From: Neocallimastix sp. 'constans'
Taxonomy: Eukaryota
DNA: 64,000 bases
Direction of reading: 5' to 3'
Assembly (NCBI GenBank): GCA_050613775.1
Contig: JBODTK010000141.1
Span: 372,001-436,000, forward strand
The position numbers were made by a program, and so were the translations under genes. The notes under the pieces are model-generated. The model was not told the DNA's origin. It saw only the letters and a program-made list of their open reading frames with translations, and did no database searches. Position 1 is the first letter of the stretch, and each line of letters starts with the position of its first letter. Below, piece by piece: positions 25,283 to 45,509 of the stretch.

Positions 25283-27307
25283 TTACATAATAGTACATTG
25301 ATTCGGATTGCCATAACCATACCTACGAAGTAAAGCTTCGGAATCTTCTTTAGCTTTTTCTGTTTTATTTTCAATCATTTTTGCTTTCACTTCTTTTGGA
25401 AAATCGTGTTTAAGTTTTTGCATTAATTTTGTATCGATACGAGAACCATCAGCATTATAAACTACATCTTGTTCACGACACATTGGACAATCATGAATAT
25501 TCATTTTTTTAGCTTTAAGTAGGCATCTTAAACAGAAAAAATGACCACATTCTAAACGAATTGGTTTATAAGGAATATCTTGACAAATTGGACAGTAATA
25601 ATCTGCTGGATTTGGAATAACCTTTAAAAGACGAGATGAAATTTGAAAAATGAGAGATTTAACAATATTTTCTTTAAAGAAGGTTTCATCTCTTGCAAAG
25701 TGTGGGAAACCTTCACTAGCTAATAAATGAGTACGTTTATCATGTTTCTTCAAAATCTTATAAATAGCGGTTTGATTTAATTCGTAGAAACGTTTTATAG
25801 TTACAATATCATAGTTTAATTGTATAAATTCTTTATAAAGATTTTGAGATTTTTTCGTTTTGAATTTTCTACGAATACCGTCCATTTTTCCTTCAAATAT
25901 TTTTATTTGTTCAAATGCTTCATCAGGAGTTCTATCCTTTCCTCTATACTTCCAAATATTAGATTCACAATAAATACTCATAAGTTCTCTCCAATTATAG
26001 GTATCCTTCATATTTGGCGATGAAACTTCCGATAAGATATTTGCCATTACAGTAATTTTCGTCTCATATACTTTCTTATATTCATTTTGGAAGGCACTGA
26101 GATGCGTAAGCGAGGCAGCTAATTCATTTAAAAATTGAGAATCTGTGTCTAATAATACCATTAACGATTTCATTGTATTAGATTTAACTTCTTCACTTAA
26201 TAAGTTGGTATGTGATTCAGCAGCACAATCGATAACATCATCAACTTCTTCATCTTTATTTACTTCAGTATTAGTATTTTTATCATCACTAATAACATTA
26301 GTAGATTTATTTAATTCTGGTATATTATCCTTAATATTATCATTGATATTGGTATCACTAATATTGATTAAAGCATTATCATTACGATTAGTAGATGAAA
26401 AAGAAGATGAGGATGGAGATGAAGACAGAAATGTAGCTTGTAATGGTAATGGGGATGAGGACGAAGATGGTAATGTAGCTTGTAACGTTGATGGGGATGA
26501 GGATGTGGATGTGGATGGAGATGGTAATGAAGCTTTTAACGTTGATGGAGATGATAATAGTAATGTCATTGGTACTGTAGATGTAGATACTGTATCTTCT
26601 AAAACAGGAGTTTTTGATGATTCTAATTCATCACAATATTGAATATCTTTAACATTAGGATTAGTTTCATCTTCATCGATTTTTTTTCCATTTACTTCTT
26701 CCTCACTTAAAATTTTTTCTATATCAAAATTTTCTATGTCATCGCCATCGCTCTTACACCTTTTTAACTTTAAAGCATCATTTGTTTGTCTTGATGAACC
26801 TTCAAAAAGAGTATTTCTCCTATTCGATTTATCATCTGAATTACAACGATATAGAAATCTATTAAAAGAAAGTCGCTTATTAAAAGTATATTCATTCTTT
26901 CCATTATCACAAAGTTGAAATGATTTTATAATTTTTTCTTTAGTAAGTTGCTCCTCTTCCACCAATGCATCATCTGAAAGTTCAATCATTTCTTTAAGTT
27001 TTGGATCAATAGTTATTTCCTCTGAATTTAATTCTAAAGCATCTTTTTGTGTAAGTTTAGCAACATAATCCTTATCAATATATAAAATTAATGAGGATCT
27101 AATTTCACCATTATGTCCATCTTTATTCGAAAGAGAGTAAATAACTTTACATTCTTCATTTTCAGGAATCTCATAAACTCCAGAACTTTCAAGGCTACTA
27201 ACAATCCTATTAATAGATTTTTTTAATTTCTTATAATTTAATACCTGACCTTTATATTCCTCAGGTAAAGTATCAACAGCCTTTTCTAAAGTTTTAGCAA
27301 ATTTCAT
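25283..27307 (-). CDS. SPX-domain C3HC4 RING E3 ubiquitin ligase (architecture of fungal Pqr1/Spx1 and plant NLA), single exon
   Basis: SPX motifs MKFAKTL, LNYKKLKKSI and ELNQTAIYKILKKHDKRT. RING CPIC-x11-CGHFFCLRC-x11-CPMC. Intact 674-aa ORF. Confidence 0.92.
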   Translation of the reverse strand: MKFAKTLEKAVDTLPEEYKGQVLNYKKLKKSINRIVSSLESSGVYEIPENEECKVIYSLSNKDGHNGEIRSSLILYIDKDYVAKLTQKDALELNSEEITIDPKLKEMIELSDDALVEEEQLTKEKIIKSFQLCDNGKNEYTFNKRLSFNRFLYRCNSDDKSNRRNTLFEGSSRQTNDALKLKRCKSDGDDIENFDIEKILSEEEVNGKKIDEDETNPNVKDIQYCDELESSKTPVLEDTVSTSTVPMTLLLSSPSTLKASLPSPSTSTSSSPSTLQATLPSSSSSPLPLQATFLSSSPSSSSFSSTNRNDNALINISDTNINDNIKDNIPELNKSTNVISDDKNTNTEVNKDEEVDDVIDCAAESHTNLLSEEVKSNTMKSLMVLLDTDSQFLNELAASLTHLSAFQNEYKKVYETKITVMANILSEVSSPNMKDTYNWRELMSIYCESNIWKYRGKDRTPDEAFEQIKIFEGKMDGIRRKFKTKKSQNLYKEFIQLNYDIVTIKRFYELNQTAIYKILKKHDKRTHLLASEGFPHFARDETFFKENIVKSLIFQISSRLLKVIPNPADYYCPICQDIPYKPIRLECGHFFCLRCLLKAKKMNIHDCPMCREQDVVYNADGSRIDTKLMQKLKHDFPKEVKAKMIENKTEKAKEDSEALLRRYGYGNPNQCTIM

Positions 27308-30300
27308 ACTATTTTTAATTTTTTTTATTTTTATTTTTTTTTTCTATTTTTTTTTTTTTTTATAACTTATTTTTTATATAATAATGATTTTATTATTAAA
27401 TGAAATAAAAATTATAAATTTTACATATATATATTAATATATTATTTATTCAATATTTCAATATAAAAATTAAAAAAAAAAAATTAAAAATTAAAAAATA
27501 ATAATAATCAAAAAATATTAAAAATATATAAATTTTATTTTTGAAAGAAAAAATTTCATATTTTAACCGGGTCTTTTTATGTTACATTTATTTTTTTTTT
27601 TTTTTTTCTTTTTACTGTGCTGATAATTTTTACTATTTTTTATTACTTTTTATTTATCAAATTATAAAAAGAAATAAAAAGACTTAAATATAATAAATCA
27701 ACTTTTATTTTTTTTTTATTCAATATTATAATTTAAAGATATAGTCATAATTTTAAATAATGATAATATTTAATAAAATGGTATTGGATATAAAATTCTG
27801 AATTTTTATTTTAATAGTTCATTAATTCATATATGGTTAATACTTTAGATGTTCATAAATAAAAAAATTTTTTTTTAATAATATCATTATATTGTTATAA
27901 AATTTATTATATTAATATTTAAAAGTATCAAAGTATATTATGAATATGAAAATAAAAAAAAAAAAAATTAAGTTAATATTTATATTCATATGTTCATTAA
28001 TAAAAAAAAAAATTATTCTTTCACTATATAAAAAAATTTAAAATATTAAATAATATTTTTTACTCATTAATATTATTTAATATTATTTTTAAATAATTAA
28101 ATAAATGAATGCTTATATTACTTTTTATTTAAAAAAAAAAAAATAATTGTTTTTAAATTCCACATATTAATAATATGAAATTTACCTGTTTAAATTATGC
28201 GTTCAAAAGATAAAAAAAAAAAAATTTTAATTACTCTAAAAAAGAAAAAAAAAAAAGTATATCTTTTTTAAAATAAATTATATATATTTTTTTTTATTGA
28301 TATTACTATCCAATATTTATTAACTATAAAGAAAATTTTATAAATAAAATTCTATCTTTCTAAATTATAATCTTCTTTCATTTTTTTTTTTTTTTATGTA
28401 TTTCTTGGTATTAATTTTACAAAAGAAAATTATGAAAATTCTTATCTTTTTATATCTTGAAAATAAAAAAAAAAAAAAAACATATTATATCATATATAAT
28501 TTCATTTTATATTTTATATAATAAGATATAGATACATATAACAATGTATTTATAATATATAAATAAATTCCAATTTTCAAATATTAAAAAAAATGATTAA
28601 TTAGTATGACCAAAAGATTTACTAATAAAAAAAAATATGGAGATATTGTAAAATAATAAAATAATAAAAAAATTAAATAAAAAAATAAATAAAAATGAAA
28701 TTTTAATATATAAATATACTTATTATATTAATTTTAATTATTAGAATATAGCAATATATAAATTGTAAATTTATTTAAATGTTAAATATCCATTTAACTA
28801 TTTAATATAAATGATTTGAAATAATCTTTTATAAACTTTATTAGAATTAATAATATATTGTAAATATATTACATTATATGCTATTTAAACAATATAATAT
28901 ATTTTATTTTATTTGGTAATATATTCAATTAATAAAATGAAATTGGAAAAAAAATTTTTTTAAAGTTTTTTTAAAATTTTTTTTAAAACATGAAAATGAA
29001 AAAAACAAAAAAAAAAATTGGTTAAAAAAAAAATGAATATAAATATTAAATTTAATTTTAACCAAATATTTGAGCATCCATATCATGAAATTTTGAAAAA
29101 TTAAAAAAAAAAAAAAAAAAAAAAATTAAAAATAATTAAAAGAGAAAATAATTAAATTAATAATATTAATTCTAATTAAAAGAAAGTAGATAATATATAA
29201 TTATATCAAAAAAAATAATATAAATATATATATAAAGTATGTTTAATTAATTAACGATTGAATTTCAATCATATATTAATTTTCAAATAATTAAATAGAT
29301 ATATATTTTATTTACTGCATGTTGTGATTCTTAATTCCGAAAAGTTGGATTAATAAAAATTAATATAAAATAAAAATATTATAAAAACATTGGCATCATG
29401 ATTATGACCGTTATATAACAAATTTTTTTTATAAAAAATTAATTAACGAAAATAAAAAAATAATTTATTAATATTTTTAATATTTAGTATCATAACTACT
29501 CGATTAGCTTTAAATTTAGTTTATCTATACATAATTAATATATATCAGAAATTTATAGAATAAAGATTCAAAAAAATATATAATAAATATTTTAATTTTA
29601 TTTTTATTTTATTTATTTTATTATTTATTGTATTATTCTATTTTATTTAAATTTCTGCTTAAAATGTTAATTTTTATAAGACTATTATTTATAATTTATA
29701 TATATAAACAAAACATCAAAACAGATTAATTTAGCTCAAAAAAAATTTAAAAATCATTTATCCTTTTTTCAGAAAGACCTTTATAATACTATCCATTTAA
29801 ATATTAATAATTAATAATTAATTTTGATAATTAATTATTGAAATAAAAAAAGTTTATTAAATTAAATATTAAATATTAAAATAATTTTTTATTTAAAAAA
29901 ATAAAATACTACATAAATATATAATTAAATTTTAGCCAATAATATAATATTTTTTTTAGGTTTAATTAATAAATGAATAAACTTAATCAAATAATAAAAT
30001 ATATTTTAAAAAAAAAAATTAAAAAATGAAAATGAAAAAAAACTATAAAATAAAAAAACTTTACAATTAACATAAATAAAATACTAGTAAAACGATGATT
30101 ATTATTTGCTATTTATTATTTTTTGTTATTATTATAATAATAAATTCTCATGTTTTCTTTTATTTTTGAATATAGTATTGTATACTAAAAAAAAAAAATT
30201 TAAAAGTTAATACTGATATATATATTTCATTATTAAATAAATTTATATTCTATTTTCTTTTGATTTTTAAGCCAAAATTAAAATAATATATTAAAATATT

Positions 30301-30569
30301 ATATATTTTAATATATATTATTATTATTCTGAAACAATATATTTGTCAGGCACTAATGTTATTATTATTCCTAAATACCTATGAGAGTAATTAAATAAAA
30401 AATCATAATAATAGTTAATTATGTTATTTAATTATTATCTTTATTTTTAATGAAAATTTAATTTTTTGTAGTAAAAAGTATATTATCCTAAAATTTAATA
30501 ATATATACTTACTTATTCCTTCCTTACGCTAATATTTTTTTATTATTTAAAGAATAAAGAAAACCTTTT

Positions 30570-30609
<40 letters not shown>

Positions 30610-31383
30610 AATAAAAGAAATTTTATTACTCTATATACCCTTTATTCTGAAACTTTAAATAATTATGATTTTAATAATAAAATAATAAATATTACATATT
30701 ATAATTAAAATAAATATAAATATGAAATCTATGAATATATATGAGGGTTAGGGGTTATTATTTATTATTTATTATTCACTATTTATTATTTATTATTTAT
30801 AAATCTTATATAAAAACTGTCTATAATAATTTATATAATTAATTAAATTACTATCACATTCATAATTAAATAATTTTAAAAAAAAATATGTGTAACAATC
30901 AGTAAATGTGGTAAAAATAAAAAAATCTATTGGCTATTTTTTTGATTAATAAAATTTTAAATAAATAAAAATAAATAAATAAAAATAAAATATAATAAAA
31001 ATAAAAATTACAAAAATTATTATCTTTTATAAATTATTAAATTTTTTTTTATATAAACTAAATAATAGTAAATAAAATAATATATAACTGATTCCCTTTT
31101 TATACTTTTTTTTATTTTTAATTTCATTTTCCAATATAAATACAAATCTAAACCGAATTCTTCTCATTAGGCTGTATAATTTTTATTATAAAGATTTCAA
31201 GTTAGAAAAAACCATTTTTATTATAAATTAAGAAAAAAAAAAAAAAAAAAACTCTCAATATTCATGACTTTGTTAATATATTATTATATTGCAATAAGTT
31301 CATAAATTGTTTAAATAAAAAATATGTATATGTATTAATAAATAAATATAATATTTTTTATAATAATAAATATATATCTTTTA

Positions 31384-31423
31384 TCTTTTATTCAAAAATA
31401 TATATATATTTTTGAATAAAAGA
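31384..31423. repeat. Perfect 40-bp palindrome
   Basis: TCTTTTATTCAAAAATATAT|ATATATTTTTGAATAAAAGA. Confidence 0.9.
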
Positions 31424-31619
31424 AAAAAGAAAAGAAAAATTACCACGTTCTTTCATTTTTAAAGAATTAAGGAACTTTTAAATAAAAATTAAATTTTAAA
31501 TTTAATATAATAACGAAAATAAAATAAAAATAAGAATATAATCTTAAATAAATAAATAAAAATAAATATAAAAATAAAATTTTCTGTATTTTTTTTTGTT
31601 TTTAAACTTTTCCGATATT

Positions 31620-31637
31620 TATTATTATTATTTTTTT

Positions 31638-31669
<32 letters not shown>

Positions 31670-32200
31670 TTAATAGTATATTAGTATTACTATTATTTAT
31701 TATTTATTATTTATTATTTACTTATTTATTATTTATTATTTATTATTTATTATTTATTATTTATTATTTATTATTTATTATTTATTATTTATTATTTATT
31801 ATTTATTATTAATTATTTATTATTAATTATTTATTATTTATTATTTATTATTTATTATTTACTTATTTATTTATTATTTATTATTTACTTATTAATTATT
31901 TATTATTTATTATTTATTATTTATTATTTATTATTTATTATTTATTATTTATTATTTATTATTAATTATTTATTATTTATTATTTATTATTTATTATTTA
32001 TTATTTATTATTAATTATTTATTATTAATTATTTATTATTTATTATTTATTATTTATTATTTATTATTTACTTATTTATTTATTATTTATTATTTACTTA
32101 TTTATTATTTATTATTTATTATTTATTATTTACTTATTTATTTATTATTTATTATTTATTATTTATTATTTATTATTATTTATTTATTTTTTATTATTTA
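31620..32200. repeat. (TTATTAT)n microsatellite with TTAC/TTAA variants
   Basis: Directly visible. Confidence 0.95.
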
Positions 32201-34942
32201 ATAATTATTCCATATTCATATATTTTAATTATTTTTTTATAAATATAATTTATTCAACAATAAAATAAAATAATCAAAAAATTTTTAATTTTTAATATAT
32301 ATAAAATAAGCTAATGATATTTTAGCGAAAATTTATTGGATGAACCATAAAAAAATTTAAAAATTATGAAGCCAATTCATGATTAAAAAAAAATAAATAA
32401 ATAAACAGTCGAATAAATTAAGCTATATATCTATATATAGATATTGATAATTATTTTTTTTTTTATTTAGTATGAATAATTTTTTTTTTATTTTCATGTG
32501 TCACAAAGAATAGTTATAATTTGTAGATAATATAAAATAGAATAAATAAAATAATAATGATAGTCATATTACTTTAATAGTAACAAATAATTTAAAAATA
32601 TTTTTAATTTTAGATCAAAGTCATTCCATTGAAATTATATAAAATTCTTTTGAAGTTATTTTTCTTATAAAAAATTAATTTGTAATTATGTTCATAAGAA
32701 TTAATACACTTTAAAAATATAAATAATAATAATACAGAAAAAAATCATAACTTTTAATATATAAAAGAAATTTCATTTTATTTTATATATAAAATTCAGG
32801 AACAGTAATATAAATATAGATATATATAAGTAATAAAAATATAAATATAATAAACTAATACATATATATTATTTATAAATTAATCTATAAAAATTAAGGA
32901 TTTATTAATAAATTTAAAATATATATACAATATTTCTTAATAAACCACTTGATTTATCCTTAACATTCTGAAAGCCTTTTATTTATATTTTCAAATATAT
33001 ATATATATATAAAGTAAAATAATATATATTTTTATATAGCAAAAATATTTATAAAACAAATATTGAGTAATTATATCTATAGCATTGCTTTATTAAATAG
33101 TATAAATTATTAGCTTTCATTTTGTATAAAGGTAATTTTCTTTTATAAATAAAATAGATTATTCATAATATATAAAAGTTATATTAATAAATATAGATAT
33201 ATATATATTTAATACTAAATATAACATAGAATTTTTTAAAGAAAAAAAAAACCACATTTTTCCTATTTTAGAAATTATTGAAAACTTTCAAAAAAAAGAA
33301 ATAAATTTTAATATAATAACAAAGATAAATTAAATTAAAAAAAAAGAGAAAATAGAAAATAGAAATAAGATAGAAATAAAAAATATATACATTATAAAAA
33401 TATGAATAAAGAGATAAAATATAATTTTCTGTATTTATTTATTTATTTATTTATATATTTATTTATATATTTTTAAACTTTTCCGACAATAATTATTATT
33501 ATTCCTAATAATTGTTCCATATTTATATATATATATAAATTTTATTTTATAAATAAATAAAAACTAATAAATAATAAAAATTAAAAAAAAAAAATAAAAA
33601 TTAAAAAAAATTAACAATAATTATTTATATTAATATAATAGTTAATGGTTCTTTTATGAAAATTTATTGGATGAATAAAGAAAAAAAAATTATGACCATA
33701 ATAATTAATATAATTAATAAAGAAATTAAGCTTTTTTTTTTTTTGTATGTGTGTATTGGTATATATATCTATATCTATAATATTTATTAATAAATATATA
33801 TATTATTTTTACATTATTTCATTTTTCATTATTTTTACTATTATTTATTATTATTATCATTTAATATAAATTAATTTAATAAATATTGTTTTATTTTCAT
33901 GTGTTATCAAAAAATTGTTATTATAAATGTTGTATATATAATAATATATGATTTTATTGTGATGATCATATTCATTTTCTTTTAGTTCGAAACAAAACAA
34001 AACAAAAAAAAAAGGTCATTCAATAACTTTTAAATATATAATTCATGGAATGACATTATATACATATATACAATTCTTTTATTTTATTATAACTTTATTT
34101 TATTTTATTTTATTCAATCTGTACTTTATATTTTTTTTATTTTATTTTATTTTATTTTATTTTATTTATTATTTAATATTTGTTATTTATTATTTATTTA
34201 TTATTTGTTATTTATTATTTATTAATTATTAATTATTAATTATTAATTATTAATTATTATTTATTATTTGCTATTTGTTATTAAATATGCATATATATAT
34301 TTTAAGAAATAAAAATATAAATAATATACTTTAAATTTCAAATTAATATAAAGATACAAATAAAAAAAAATATATCTATTCTTTTTTATGTATTATTAAA
34401 ATAAAAATAAAAATTGTTTTAATACTGTTTTTTTTTTTTTTTTATTTCATATAGTAATTTATAAAACATACACAGAAAATACAGATTGAAATAAATTTTT
34501 TTAAAAAAAAAAATTTATATAAAACGACCTTCTCTTTAATATTTATTAAAGTAATATACTTTAGTAAAAGTTTTTTTTTTTTTTTGTTTTTTGCTTAAAA
34601 AAATACTAAATATTTTTTAATTATGATTTATTTTATATTTATTTTTATTTTTTTTAAAAAAAAATTAAAAAAGAATAAAAAATAAATGTATTATTTAATA
34701 TTAAGGGTAGTAGTAGAAAAAAAAAAAAAATAAAATAAAATAAAAAAAAAGATAGAAAACAATATTGCTTTTTTTTTTTGTTTTGTTTTGTTTTGTTTTT
34801 AAAGTATATATATAGGTATCATATTCATAAATATATATAAAAAATTAAAATATTAAATAAATATATATATATAATTTATAATTACAAAAATGTTTATAAA
34901 ATATAGGATATATAACGTTTAATGTATTTTAATTATTAATTC

Positions 34943-35013
<71 letters not shown>

Positions 35014-35365
35014 TTTTCCTTTTTTTTTTCCAAAAATTTTTCTAGAATGTTTTAAATAAATATTATATATATATATATATACATATTAATTCCATTTAAA
35101 CAGATAACGACTAAATTTTTAAATATAATATATTTATATATATATATATTTCAAATAAACCTAATTATAATGGTATAATTTTTTTCATTATTTATTTATT
35201 TCTCTATTTTGATAATGTATTCTTTTTCAAAATTTTTTATATAATTTTGTATTTGTATTCTATTTCTTTATATATATATATATTATAATTATAATTATTA
35301 TTTATTATTGAGAAATAAAATAGGCTTTATTATTCTATTTTATCTTTTTTTTTTTTTTTTTTTTT

Positions 35366-43074
<7,709 letters not shown>

Positions 43075-44353
43075 TTCTTTTTCTTTTTTTTTTTTTTTTT
43101 TAATTTAAAATTAACAAATGAAAAATAATAAATGTTATAAATATTTATATAATTATTTTCATTATTATTTTTTTTATTATTATTATATAGGGGAAAAAAA
43201 TAAAGTTATATGATAAAAAAAAATATATATATATATATATATAGTAGCTGTAACATTTCTATTATATGCTTTTTATTACCTAAATATTTTATACAATTTA
43301 ATTACATAGAATATATAAACAACTTTATAGTTCTCTGTTAAATTTATATTTTATTTCCTCTTTTTCTCTGTAAACTTTTAATATTCTATTTAAAGTATAT
43401 CAAAACATTAAAAAAAAAAAAAATACATTCTTTTCAATAATTCATAAAAGTATATGAATTCTAAATTTTTAAATATAATAATTTGGTAATTAAATTTTAA
43501 ATTAATTAAAATTTTAGTATATAATAAATGCTATAATTTATTTTATTTTATTTTTTTTTTTTAATTGAAATTTTTTTTTTATTTTTATAATTGAAAATAA
43601 TTTATAGAAATAAAAAAAAAAGTTTAAATAATAATAATTAATAATAATATAATTTTTTAATTAAATTTTTTTAAAAATAATTATTTATAAAAATAATATA
43701 AATATATAAATTGAATATTTAAAATAATAAAAATCATATAATAATAAAATATAATAGAAAATATAATAAAATAAATAATAAAACAACCTTCATAAAATAA
43801 ATATTAAGAAAATAAATATAAATAAAATAAATATAAATAAATTAAATTATAATAGTAATAAATAAAATTTGAAAATTTTAAAAGATATAAAGAAGAAAAA
43901 ATAATAAGCGATATATATTTTTACTTTTACTAAATTTAAGTATTGCAGTTGTCATAAATTAAAAAATTAAAATAAAAAAAAAAAAAATTAATTTAAAAAA
44001 AAAAAATACAATTTAATAATAAATGTAATCACTATAATTAATTTTAAAATATAAAAAATATATAATTAATAATATTTTCAATTGGAACTAAATTATAAAT
44101 ATAAAATAAACATTATATATAGTTTTAATAGGAGTCTTATATATTTTTTAATTTCTAATTAATAATTTGTAATGAAACTTTATAATAAATAACATTTTAA
44201 TTTATTAATACGTTATTAAAATTTTATTTCTTTTTATTTTATTTTATTTCTTTTTATTTTATTTTATTTTTTTTTGTTTTGTTTTCCTTTCATAACTTTA
44301 TAATTTCATTTTACGTTTTTCGAATTTTGCATATTATAATTTACAAATTTACG

Positions 44354-44397
<44 letters not shown>

Positions 44398-44664
44398 TTA
44401 ATTCAATTATAACATTTTTTATTATTATATATTAGAAATTATAAAATAACAAAATATTAAAGTAAAAAAAAAAAAAAAATTATTTATTAAAAATACTATC
44501 ATAATTTTATAGGTTTAACTTTTATAACTTTATCAAAATCTATTTAATCTTATTTTCTTAATAGTAATAATTAATATTATTTGCTAATAGTTATAATTTA
44601 TGCAATAATAAAAAGAAAATTTTTTGAAAAAAAAAAATCGTTTATACTCATTTACTTAATATAA

Positions 44665-44706
<42 letters not shown>

Positions 44707-44992
44707 ATTATTATTATTATTATTATTATTATTATGATCATTACTATGTTATTGCTATTCATTTTTAGCCCTATTAATTTTATTACATACCATTAAAAAT
44801 AATAATAAGAATAAGAATAAGAATAATAATAATAATAATAATTTAAAAAAAAAAAAAAAAGATTATATTATTTAGTATAATTATTATTAGGTTTATATTA
44901 TTGTTATATTTAGTTTTTGTGTTATTATTTAATTATCTCATTTAGATTATAATTTTTTATTCTGTTAGACTAGGAATATATTTTTTTTCTAC

Positions 44993-45097
<105 letters not shown>

Positions 45098-45415
45098 TTA
45101 TATTTTATTTGTATTTATTTTTTTATTTATTTACTTTATTAAAATGTTTTACTTTAAATATACTCCATAAAAGAATTGCAAAGAAAAAATTATATTTAAA
45201 TTATAATTTATGTAATTATTTATATAATTATATATATATATATATTTTTTATTTTTTTGTTATTTTTTTATTTAAAATTTTATTCATTTATTTTATTTAT
45301 TTTATATTATATTATATTATATTGTATTGTATTGTATGTATTAATTTTTTTTTTGTTTTTGTTTTTGTTCTTGGTTTGTTTTTTAATTAAAAAAAATATA
45401 TATATATATTTATTT

Positions 45416-45491
<76 letters not shown>

Positions 45492-45509
45492 TTTTACTAA
45501 TATTATATA

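Noticed and set aside
30743..30758. Telomere-like GGGTTAGGGGTTA
   Set aside because: Fewer than two perfect units; not distinguishable from chance.
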